64,000 nt of DNA, from contig JAUCBJ010003602.1 in the NCBI GenBank assembly GCA_032718475.1, positions 112,059 through 176,058 of the forward strand. Direction: 5' to 3'. The stretch comes from Nemertoderma westbladi (Eukaryota; Animalia; Xenacoelomorpha). Every line of letters starts with the position of its first letter. The stretch's first letter is position 1. Position numbers and translations under genes: made by a program. The notes beneath the pieces were generated by a model that made no database searches, was not told the DNA's origin, and was given only the letters and a program-made list of their open reading frames with translations. This document shows, piece by piece, positions 38,940 through 50,664 of this stretch.

Positions 38940-39260
38940 GTAAGTCGTTTCATTACTCCATAGATCCATGGCTGTTCCAACACGAAGCAGTGGTGACAAA
39001 CGAAGGCCGATGCGGGTAAGTCGTTTCATTACTCCATAGATCCATGGCTGTCCCAACACGAAGCAGTGGTGACAAACGAAGGCCGATGCGGGTAAGTCGT
39101 TTCATTACTCCATAGATCCATGGCTGTCCCAACATGAAGCAGTGGTGACAAACGAAGGCCGGCCGATGCGGGTAAGTCGTTTCATTACTCCATAGATCCA
39201 TGGCTGTCCCAACATGAAGCAGTGGTGACAAACGAAGGCCGATGCGGGTAAGTCGTTTCA
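38878..39260 (+). repeat. 76-bp tandem repeat x5 spanning an exon end and GTAAGT donor
   Basis: TTACTCCATAGATCCATGGCTG...GATGCGGGTAAGTCGTTTCA repeated; the fourth unit has a 4-bp insertion. Confidence 0.95.
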
Positions 39261-39730
39261 ATATAATTCAATCGCCCGAACTATCGACCCTTTATCAAGC
39301 ACGCTGGCGCTCGGGTCGGTAAATAAAATGCCTCGAGAGTGGTGAAAATAAGACAATAATATGTTCAATAGACCACATGTATGTGATGTATAGATATACT
39401 ACAGTAGCTCCAGCGCAAAAATGTGTTATAATCAAGATTTCATCTTGATAATTACGGTAAACCAAACGTGCTTTTTCGGTTTCCGCCCCAAGTGTGGAAA
39501 GCCCTCTAGACTTGCGTTCAACTGAATCACTGGATTCAAGAAACGGTGCAATTTTATATATTTTTACCGTACAGTATAACTTGAATTTTATTTCTCTTCC
39601 GGCAATCTGCTAACAAAATTTCAGTATTTTAGCTTAGGCCTACCTGCGCTGCACTGCAACCTGCCTACTCTGTACTACTGTACTACGCCTACACAGCTGT
39701 ACGTACAGTACTCTTACCAGCTTAGTGTAA

Positions 39731-39774
39731 GGGGCCATCCAAGTATGACGTCTGCACTTTTCCCAAAAATGTTG

Positions 39775-39817
<43 letters not shown>

Positions 39818-40759
39818 TCAGATTAAAAAAAAATTGTAATAAACTAATTATCAGCAGGATAAAGGTATTATATTGCATTGGAGGGGGGGGGTGCACGGGG
39901 GCTGGTTGTAGTTACAGAGCTTATCTAGGATAGCCTATCGTTTACATACTTCTTTCTACCTGATGCGACAGCAGTTTATGAATGATAATAAACAAACAAG
40001 CTAATAATAGGCCTAAATAAACCGGTAGAGGTACCAGTACTGCAGTCTCTAACAATCATTAGCTTAGGATTAATGTTTCATTTTCAGGCGAACCCCAGTA
40101 CCGCAGTACCCCAGTAGCATGCGTCCTAATCACTGAAACATGGTGACTGGTAACTGAAACAGAAGGTCGTGCTACAGGCCTTCGGGGGCTTCGAACAATT
40201 AAAATAAGCAAGCTATTTACTCTTCTGCTATATCTCTTCTAGCACCTATAAATGAACATGCTGATGTCAGATTTTGGCTGATTGTGGCCTCATCAGCACG
40301 TCATCAGATATTGGATATTCCCAACCCCCCTCCCCCCCCCCCTCAATTTGCAATTTTGCCCGAAGTCTCAGACTAGGTAACCAGCCAGTTTAGTTGTTCA
40401 CGTGCTGCTCTATGACCAAGACTAGTTAACGTCAGGTTTAGTTGTTCACGTACTGCTCGAAGTCCCAGAATAGATAAAACAACAACAATAACGGATGGGT
40501 GAGTTAAACCGATAAGAAATAATTTATTCTGATTCAATGAATTACATTAGTCGTACTCTATTCATGTATTCAATGTTAAAACAGATTTGAATTTACCGCC
40601 AAAATATAGGTAGCAGTAGCAGATCTGATCTGCCACCCTTTCCAGTACAAATTACATGTCTTTCAATGATTTGAATTTCCCGCGCTGTGGAGCAGGGTGG
40701 CACCTTTTAGGGACTTGTCCCCCCCCCCTAAAGTGCTGACGTCATACTTGGACGTCCCC
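39731..40759. mobile_element. Non-autonomous PIF/Harbinger-like element upstream of DPM3
   Basis: TAA TSD (39728-39730 and 40760-40762); TIRs GGGGCCATCCAAGTATGACGTCTGCACTT / AAGTGCTGACGTCATACTTGGACGTCCCC. Confidence 0.8.
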
Positions 40760-41009
40760 TAACCAGGTAACTGCAGAACTGTGTTGTCTGATAGTTGAAT
40801 TCAGTGATTGCAGGATTGTACCGGGAAATATTACAGTATTACGAATATCTCAATACAGGAATATCAGAATATAGGCCTACCCTCAGACCCTACTGCAGTA
40901 CTGCTACTTGCTACTACACTAGACAGAGACACTGGTGCGGTAGGCCTACCTTGTATGTACTGGTACCACCTACCTGCTGAACTGAACTGATGAATTGCTG
41001 AAATTTGTA

Positions 41010-41291
41010 ATGACTAAGTTGCTTGAATTCCTATTATTTGGCATAGTTTTAACAACAGCCTGGTTGTCGATTGCGTTTAAATACTTCCCAATTGGGACAC
41101 CCGTCTGGTTTGATATCCACATTTGGTTTGCTCCTGTCTACGCTATTCTCGCATTCGGTATCATATCGCTTGTTATAATTATCCATCGCGTGGTCACGTT
41201 TAACGACTGTGAAGAAGCGGCTATCGAACTTAGACAAGAGATCGAAGAAGCGAGAACAGATCTTCGAGAGAAAGGAATGTCTTTGATATAG
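41010..41291 (+). CDS. DPM3: Dolichol-phosphate mannosyltransferase subunit 3
   Basis: MTKL start, two TM segments, RVVTFNDCEEAAIELRQEIEEARTDLREKG motif. Confidence 0.93.
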   Translation: MTKLLEFLLFGIVLTTAWLSIAFKYFPIGTPVWFDIHIWFAPVYAILAFGIISLVIIIHRVVTFNDCEEAAIELRQEIEEARTDLREKGMSLI

Positions 41292-41954
41292 AGGCCTTTA
41301 CACTAACAGACTAATGAGTGATGAATCAGTGCAGGCTGGCAGGAGTGCTGTGCTGTCTGCTGTACAGCTGTAGTCCTGTAGTCCGGCAGTAAATCATCAA
41401 CGGCACGGATTACCGTAATTTATTTACCCTATACCGGTATGGTGTTTAATTTTTATTTTTGCCTTTGGATTATTGATTCATAATTCATTTTCAGTTTACT
41501 AGGCCTATCCTTTAGGCCTATCCTGTTATCATTTATGTATTTGGTGATTTGGTTGGAATAATGGTAACAGGTAACGACGGCAGACAGCCCCGGCATACGG
41601 CATGCTGGCATGGCTAAATAGTTTGGTTCTAACTAATACGGTAATACTGTAATACAGTAATACGTAATACAATAAGAAATAGAAAGATAGAAGCTGAGAA
41701 GTACTGAAGTAAGTAAAGAGGTACTGATATATCTACTTGACAATTCAAAACAAACAGGCGAAGGGTCGTTTCGATTCGAGCAGAACAGTTCCCCTTCGGT
41801 ATTTCCATGCTCCAGGGCCAGAAACCGCACCCCAAATCTTAAATTAAAATATTTAAGCTGGTATTCGTTTTAGCTAAAACGTAACTGAATTATAGGGCCT
41901 ATATCGTTGATATTCTGTGTTCTGCATCCATTCCCCCAAATAAACAATTCGAAT

Positions 41955-44495
41955 ATGGAAAACCAAGCAATGATTATTTCTTCCGAGGTTCAGAAGGAAA
42001 GTGATAGATCGACAACCGATAACATTTGCGAGTCGCCAGTAGCCCTCGCCCCCCACATTGATTCCCCAACCGCCCCCGCCCACCACATTGATTCCCCAAC
42101 CGCCCCCGCCCACCACATTGATTCCCCAACCGCCCCCGCCCCCCACATTGATTCCCCAACCGCCCCCGCCCCCCACATTGATTCCCCAACCCCCCGCCCC
42201 CCACATTGATTCCCCAACCGCCCCCGCCCCCCACATTGATTCCCCAACCGCCCCCACCCCCCACATTGATTCCCCATCAGCCCCCGCCCCCCACATTGAT
42301 TCCCCAACCGCCACCGCACCCGCCCCCCACATTGAATCCCCAACCGCCCCCGCCCCCCACATAGACTCCCCAACAGCTCCCCACTCCATATACAACTGGG
42401 TCCCCATCACTCAACAATTCAAGGAGCTCTGCCAGAATCTCGAGATTGGCAAGCTCATCCACGACCCCGACTTCTCCCTGTTCGAGGCGATGTCCGCCAT
42501 CGAGATGATGGAACCCAAGATGGACTGCGGGATGGTCGCCTTGCAGATCCGTCGGCCAGTCTACTCCCTGGAGGAGGCCATCGCAACCGGCGGACTCAAC
42601 ATCGACAGACTACCAGCGACTCAACTACTCGCGGTGTTTGACACACTGGTCGCCTGTCTGATGGGCTGGTTGGACGGGCAATGTCTCGCACAGACGTTGT
42701 TCACCTGTCTGTATCTACACAACCCGACTCTGTTGGGGGACCCCTCCCTCAAGGCTATCTCTATCGCGATGCTCGCAATGTGTCGTCTAGTTCGTGACGT
42801 CATTTACTCAGCGGGGTCGCAGAGGAAGAAGATTTCCAGTTGTTTCTGTACAACTTCCGGTTGGACTACGGTGTTAGTCCTCAGCGAATCGTCGGAATGC
42901 TCGTGGAAGCTGAGGAATTCTGTTCCCCCCTGGAAGAACCCCAACTAATAGCCGCCGTCACCCAGCGGTTTAAACTTCTACGCAACTTATATTCCATAAT
43001 CTTTACTTTGGATTCTAAAGATTCCGACGGGATCTCCGAAACTCTCCCTCTAATTTCCGCTTCCGTCGATATTATCAACTCGATTCTCGAACATTCCATC
43101 GAGTTGGGCGCCGAACCCGCCGGTTGGGAACGCGGATTCCCGCTAGTTCCGGGTTTCGATCCGTCGGCGAACCAACGACTCCTCCCTCCGACCTTCCCGA
43201 GGGTCTCCAAGCTACGGGACCGAGTCGCCAGCTACTCGCGTCTCTCCGACACGCTACGGACGTTGGGAGACGGAATATCGGAGCTGCAATCGCAACCCAA
43301 CGCTTTCTTACTCCTCGACACGTTGGATCGCTTCTCTAGTCGATGTTCCTGCGTTCTAAGTCGATCCATCGTATCCAATCTCGTCGTTAAAGGTCGTTCT
43401 CTCCGCGTATTCTCCTCGACTTCCGGGCAACCCGTATCTCTCTACCTCCGGGACTCTTTCCGAGACTATATATTCCCGTTGGTTTCCGGTAAATCGGGCG
43501 TCGATATTCCTCCGGATATACGCGACGATATCCAATGCTTCTTCGACGAATCCGCCGCGATATTCGCCGGATTTATCCGAGTTTACGGCCACAACCGCGC
43601 GCGGCAACGGGATAAACTGGCGGTCGTTCTGGAGGAGTTGTCGACGTTACAGGAACATTGCGACGCTATAGACCGGCGCATACAATCGGTGTTGGTCCGA
43701 CTCAACCCGACTCTAGCCGGATACTCCTATCTAGGTAACTGGTTGCTCCACAACGTACTGCGCGCTCAGACCCATTACCTCGCACTTGGCTTCCATCTCA
43801 ACCTCTACAGCGTCCACGAACTCGTATACATCTACTGGTACCTCGGTGAGTTCCTCTACACGTGGTTCCTTACCGTCAGCGACAAGGCCGAGCTGCTCAG
43901 CGTCGAGCTGGACTCCCTCAACGGCGCCCAGAACCGCGCGAAAAAGGGGAAGAAAATCAAAACGAAAACCCCGAAACGGAAACCCACTAAACCCCCCGGG
44001 AACCCTAGACTTATGGGACTCCAAGCTCAGCAGAACTTTTATTCCGGGTTGTTTCGCGTCCACATCGCTCAGGAAGTGCAGGGTAAGGTCTCCCGTCCGC
44101 GGTACCATGGTTCCGCGATGGATCACGTCCGTTACTCCTGTCGCTTTATGGCCTTCCAGGTTAACTTGAATCCTCCGCTAATCCCTTACGATCACTTCTT
44201 TATGTCGGCCCAGAAGTATCGCGAAATATCCCCTAGCGATCTATACCAACGCGGTTCGGGTTGCTTTAATAACGCGCGTAACATATGTATCGACATCCTG
44301 CAACACCCCGCCCTGGACACCACTGCCTTCGCCCAAGCCACTGCCATGCTCGCTGCCGCCAAGAACAATACAGTGGTGGCGAAGTTGTTAGCTAGTAGGG
44401 AGAGCCAACTGATTGAGTATGACTTCGGTGGGGAACCGAGTCTTCCGGCCCTCAGACTGGTTGTCTCGGATCTTAACGACAAGGTTAATCAGTAG
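41955..44495 (+). CDS. NAA35: NatC auxiliary subunit NAA35 (Mak10), intronless, two apparent 1-bp frameshifts
   Basis: YNWVPIT, FSLFEAMSAIEMMEPKMDCGM, GQCLAQTLFTCLYLH, EEEDF, NQRLLPPTFPR, GHNRARQRDKL, YIYWYL; frameshifts in C/G runs near 42190 and 42815. Confidence 0.93.
42043..42385 (+). repeat. 30-bp coding minisatellite (PAPHIDSPTA x~11) in the NAA35 N-terminus
   Basis: CCCGCCCCCCACATTGATTCCCCAACCGCC tandem units. Confidence 0.93.
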
Positions 44496-44855
44496 ACCCT
44501 AAACACACACACACCTAGAAACACTTGGGGTGGATTTACTTACTACCAGATTTACTTTATTAAAACTAATTTAAATGTGAAATTGACCAGAAGTGTAAAG
44601 GTGATAAGGTTGAGCTAAAATTAGTTGTTAAATAAATTGAACGTTTTTTTCACATCCTGTTTTTATTTATAATGTGTTGTATTGATTAGTTTCCATTCCG
44701 TATTGTTTTGGTTTCCGGTATCGTATCCGTATTACCGGTATGCATTTTAAAGGGTGCTTGCATAGCTTATACATACACTACGTTTTGATTTGTGGCCAAA
44801 ATATTGCAGACTTCTCATTTTATTTAATACAATATAATTTCTTACCAAGGCGAAC

Positions 44856-47800
44856 AACTGTACTTGGTTTGGTAGTATTGTACCAACTGTACTTGGTTTG
44901 GTAGTATTGTACCAACTGTACTTGGTTTGGTAGTATTGTACCAACTGTACTTGGTTTGGTAGTATTGTACGTGTACGAACTGTACTTGGTTTGGTAGTAT
45001 TGTACCAACTGTACTTGGTTTGGTAGTATTGTACGTGTACGAACTGTACTTGGTTTGGTAGTATTGTACCAACTGTACTTGGTTTGGTAGTATTGTACGT
45101 GTACGAACTGTACTTGGTTTGGTAGTATTGTACCAACTGTACTTGGTTTGGTAGTATTGTACCAACTGTACTTGGTTTGGTAGTATTGTACGTGTACGAA
45201 CTGTACTTGGTTTGGTAGTATTGTACGTGTACGAACTGTACTTGGTTTGGTAGTATTGTACGTGTACGAACTGTACTTGGTTTGGTAGTATTGTACCAAC
45301 TGTACTTGGTTTGGTAGTATTGTACGCAACTGTACTTGGTTTGGTAGTATTGTACCAACTGTACTTGGTTTGGTAGTATTGTACCAACTGTACTTGGTTT
45401 GGTAGTATTGTACGCAACTGTACTTGGTTTGGTAGTATTGTACGTGTACGAACTGTACTTGGTTTGGTAGTATTGTACCAACCTGTACTTGGTTTGGTAG
45501 TATTGTACGTGTACGAACTGTACTTGGTTTGGTAGTATTGTACCAACTGTACTTGGTTTGGTAGTATTGTACGTGTACGAACTGTACTTGGTTTGGTAGT
45601 ATTGTACCAACTGTACTTGGTTTGGTAGTATTGTACAACTGTACTTGGTTTGGTAGTATTGTACCAACTGTACTTGGTTTGGTAGTATTGTACCGAACTG
45701 TACTTGGTTTGGTAGTATTGTACGTGTACGAACTGTACTTGGTTTGGTAGTATTGTACGTGTACGAACTGTACTTGGTTTGGTAGTATTGTACCAACTGT
45801 ACTTGGTTTGGTAGTATTGTACGTGTACGAACTGTACTTGGTTTGGTAGTATTGTACGTGTACGAACTGTACTTGGTTTGGTAGTATTGTACCAACTGTA
45901 CTTGGTTTGGTAGTATTGTACGGAGACTGTACTTGGTTTGGTAGTATTGTACCAACTGTACTTGGTTTGGTAGTATTGTACGTGTACGAACTGTACTTGG
46001 TTTGGTAGTATTGTACGTGTACGAACTGTACTTGGTTTGGTAGTATTGTACGTGTACGAACTGTACTTGGTTTGGTAGTATTGTACGTGTACGAACTGTA
46101 CTTGGTTTGGTAGTATTGTACCAACTGTACTTGGTTTGGTAGTATTGTACCAACTGTACTTGGTTTGGTAGTATTGTACCAACTGTACTTGGTTTGGTAG
46201 TATTGTACGTGTACGAACTGTACTTGGTTTGGTAGTATTGTACCAACTGTACTTGGTTTGGTAGTATTGTACCAACTGTACTTGGTTTGGTAGTATTGTA
46301 CCAACTGTACTTGGTTTGGTAGTATTGTACCAACGGTACTTGGTTTGGTAGTATTGTACGTGTACAACTGTACTTGGTTTGGTAGTATTGTACCAACTGT
46401 ACTTGGTTTGGTAGTATTGTACCAACTGTACTTGGTTTGGTAGTATTGTACCAACTGTACTTGGTTTGGTAGTATTGTACCAACTGTACTTGGTTTGGTA
46501 GTATTGTACCAACTGTACTTGGTTTGGTAGTATTGTACCAACGGTACTTGGTTTGGTAGTATTGTACCAACTGTACTTGGTTTGGTAGTATTGTACCAAC
46601 TGTACTTGGTTTGGTAGTATTGTACCAACTGTACTTGGTTTGGTAGTATTGTACCAACTGTACTTGGTTTGGTAGTATTGTACCAACTGTACTTGGTTTG
46701 GTAGTATTGTACCAACTGTACTTGGTTTGGTAGTATTGTACCAACTGTACTTGGTTTGGTAGTATTGTACGTGTACGAACTGTACTTGGTTTGGTAGTAT
46801 TGTACGTGTACGAACTGTACTTGGTTTGGTAGTATTGTACGTGTACGAACTGTACTTGGTTTGGTAGTATTGTACGAACTGTACTTGGTTTGGTAGTATT
46901 GTACCAACTGTACTTGGTTTGGTAGTATTGTACGCAACTGTACTTGGTTTGGTAGTATTGTACCAACTGTACTTGGTTTGGTAGTATTGTACCAACTGTA
47001 CTTGGTTTGGTAGTATTGTACCAACTGTACTTGGTTTGGTAGTATTGTACCAACTGTACTTGGTTTGGTAGTATTGTACGCAACTGTACTTGGTTTGGTA
47101 GTATTGTACCAACTGTACTTGGTTTGGTAGTATTGTACGTGTACGAACTGTACTTGGTTTGGTAGTATTGTACGTGTACGAACTGTACTTGGTTTGGTAG
47201 TATTGTACGTGTACGAACTGTACTTGGTTTGGTAGTATTGTACGTGTACGACTGTACTTGGTTTGGTAGTATTGTACCAACTGTACTTGGTTTGGTAGTA
47301 TTGTACGAACTGTACTTGGTTTGGTAGTATTGTACCAACGGTACTTGGTTTGGTAGTATTGTACGTGTACGAACTGTACTTGGTTTGGTAGTATTGTACC
47401 AACTGTACTTGGTTTGGTAGTATTGTACGTGTACGAACTGTACTTGGTTTGGTAGTATTGTACGTGTACGAACTGTACTTGGTTTGGTAGTATTGTACGT
47501 GTACGAACTGTACTTGGTTTGGTAGTATTGTACGTGTACGAACTGTACTTGGTTTGGTAGTATTGTACCAACTGTACTTGGTTTGGTAGTATTGTACGTG
47601 TACGAACTGTACTTGGTTTGGTAGTATTGTACGTGTACGAACTGTACTTGGTTTGGTAGTATTGTACGTGTACGGACTGTACTTGGTTTGGTAGTATTGT
47701 ACGTGTACGAACTGTACTTGGTTTGGTAGTATTGTACGTGTACGAACTGTACTTGGTTTGGTAGTATTGTACCAACCTGTACTTGGTTTGGTAGTATTGT

Positions 47801-48113
47801 ACCAACTGTACTTGGTTTGGTAGTATTGTACCAACTGTACTTGGTTTGGTAGTATTGTACCAACCTGTACTTGGTTTGGTAGTATTGTACCAACTGTACT
47901 TGGTTTGGTAGTATTGTACGTGTACGAACTGTACTTGGTTTGGTAGTATTGTACCAACTGTACTTGGTTTGGTAGTATTGTACGTGTACGAACTGTACTT
48001 GGTTTGGTAGTATTGTACCAACTGTACTTGGTTTGGTAGTATTGTACGTGTACGAACTGTACTTGGTTTGGTAGTATTGTACCAACTGTACTTGGTTTGG
48101 TAGTATTGTACCA
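44856..48113. repeat. 29/35-bp satellite, ~100 units
   Basis: AACTGTACTTGGTTTGGTAGTATTGTACC (29 bp) interspersed with a variant ending GTACGTGTACG (35 bp). Confidence 0.99.
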
Positions 48114-48885
48114 GTATTTCATTAAAAAATGGCAGATAAATTGACTTTTTTTTTGTAAAAAGGACATTCTGAGATAAAGATGCTTAAAGTGTAAGGAGAA
48201 ATTCAAACTTTCCCGCTATTTTAGATATTTATTTTTTCTTCGTTCTCCATTATGCATGTTTCATAGTCGTCTTTCAGATGAAAATACCCTACTGCATATC
48301 GTGCTGCTCGAAGCGAATGCTTGTCAAAAATCAGACCAGCTCTTATGTTTTAAGCAATAACTCGAGTTTTAAACAGATTTGAAGAATTTTCTTACTGGAC
48401 AATTAACTGAATAGCCTACATTACTAATCTTACCGAGGGTAAATGCCATGCCTAAAACAAACTACCTAAATTAAAACCAATTACACAACGTTAATTTTCA
48501 ATTGAGGGAAAAGGCCTTTGAGCGTTTTCATATTTTGTCTGAGTCCATACATCAAAATTACAGCTCCCGTGCTCCACTGGTAAGACATAATTTATTTGTA
48601 AGAAATATAAGATGAATTTCACATTTATACGCAAAGTAACCAATCACAGGCCTCCAGCCTGTCATAAGTCCGATAGATGATGGGGGGGGGGGGGGGGGGG
48701 GGGCTTTCGACCCAATAAAAATTAATCCTTTCCCAGGGAAATTCAACGCAAACAACAACTGATTACTCTAAAAAATAAAACTGTAACCTGCCAGCCTGCT
48801 CCTTTCAACATTTCCCTAAACTGAGAATTTAACGTTTAGGCGGATATTAATTCGCCAATTAATTCGCTAATTAAAAGGTGGGATT

Positions 48886-48919
<34 letters not shown>

Positions 48920-49081
48920 TGTCTCCCGAACCTCCGAGTCCAGACAGTAGTGAGTATGGCACTATTCGAGCTCAGCTAACTACACAGTTCTGCAGTTTCT
49001 ACTTTGTAGGACATTCATATACCTGTATACGGCTGACCGGTACCGGTAGTTATAATATATTTAGTAGAATTAACGTCGGAT

Positions 49082-50475
49082 ATGCCTCGAGTGGCCACCC
49101 CCAGGATAACGGCAACCCGCCCGACAAACCACCTCGATTCCTAGACGAATCAACAACCTCGTCATTCTTCTGGAGGGCTCACACAGTCACGGTGCTGGCT
49201 ATCTGTATCGCGATAGTAACCTACGAGGTAGCCAACACTGACCCCTCCCAGGATATCGTTTACAACACGAAGCGCTCTCTCTGTATGTGCGCTTTCGTAT
49301 TCGTTTGTTTCGGAGTGACCCAAGCGGCAGATGGACCCTTCACCCGGCCTCACCCTGCGTTCTGGCGACTAATCCTCTGTCTTAGTGTCATCTACGACTT
49401 TGTCTCATTTTTTTACTCTTCCAGAATTTAAGCGACGCCCGGAATCTTCTGTCCCACCTGACTCCGATTTAGGTAAACCCCTCCCGGAGCAGAGCTACGG
49501 CGAGGATTGCTCTGTGTGGGACCCGGACCATCCAGACGGCCCGTTACACAACGTTTGGGCCAAGTGCGACTTCTTCATAATCGCTCACTTCCTGGGTTTC
49601 ATCGTTAAGACTATAATCATACGAGACGTGTGGATGGTGACCACGATATCTGTGACCTTCGAACTCCTAGAGTACACCATCGAACACCAGGTTGGCCAAC
49701 TTCAACGAGTGTTGGTGGGACCATTGGGTGTTAGACGTGTTGCTATGCAACGGACTAGGGATGGTAGTGGGTCTATGGATTATGGACTATTTAGGGCAGA
49801 AGACTTACCATTGGCGCAGTCTGTGGCAGATCAGATCGTACAGAGGTAAGTTCCGTCGAGTTGCAGCTCAATTCTCGCCATATTTCTGGACGGAGTTCCA
49901 TTGGCGTCCGCGGTCTAGTTGGGACGTTGGTTTGCTGTTCTCGGATTAGCCGCCATCTTCCTTTCCTTCGAGCTCAACCTCTTCTACCTCAAGTACCTGC
50001 TATGGATCCCGCACCGCATCCAATCCTGCAGGTTCGCACGGGGATTGTCGCGTTCTCGGGCGCCGTCGCTATGCGGGAAACCTACTCGTTTATGTTCGAC
50101 TCGACGCGATCCAAGCTCGGCCAACAGGCCTGGCTGATGGCCGCGTTGGCCGTTACCGAAACCTTGATGGTTGTTAAGTTCGGGGCCGATCTCATAAGGA
50201 TTCCGCCCCCCGTCCACGTGCAGGTATGCTGGCTCCTCGGGTTGCTTGGGTTCATCGTCTACACGTTGGGTTACTTCGTTATACCCAACCTGGGTCGATT
50301 CCGAGGCGGACGTTATCGCAGAACCGTCAGCGAAGTCGGGATTAATCTCGCGGTTAGCGCCGTTAACGAGGGGGGTTGTGGCAGCAGTGGGGAGGAACAC
50401 AGTGGCGGTGTCGGCAATAAAGCTGATTCCAAAACAACTAAAAGACGCAGAATTAAAATAAAAAACAAAAAATAA
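49082..50475 (+). CDS. PTDSS2: Phosphatidylserine synthase 2, intronless, several 1-bp indels (assembly errors or pseudogene)
   Basis: FFWRAHTVTVL, YNTKR, FGVTQAADGPFTRPHPAFWR, LGKPLPE, AHFLG, FELLEYTIEHQ, NFNECWWDHW, ELNLFYLKYLLWIP, AMRETY and KLGQQAW, collinear across frames. Confidence 0.9.
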
Positions 50476-50664
50476 CTGCCGGTATTGGGTATATCAATTC
50501 TCGGCAATATCATGTTTGGTACTCATCAGTAAGATGACGTAAGCGTCCCCTTTGCGACATTATATCAGTCTTCTCCAACTTCCAACGTCTAGGGCCTCTC
50601 CTTGACTGTATTATGACACTGCTTGTACACATTTATAATGAAGATCACCCTACGATATCAATAC

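Noticed and set aside
7400-48113. CRISPR-like arrays
   Set aside because: Head-to-tail repeats with no unique spacers, no cas genes, eukaryotic context
44747-48206. Three >1000-aa minus-strand ORFs
   Set aside because: The minus-strand monomer lacks any stop triplet, so all frames are open; not evidence of coding
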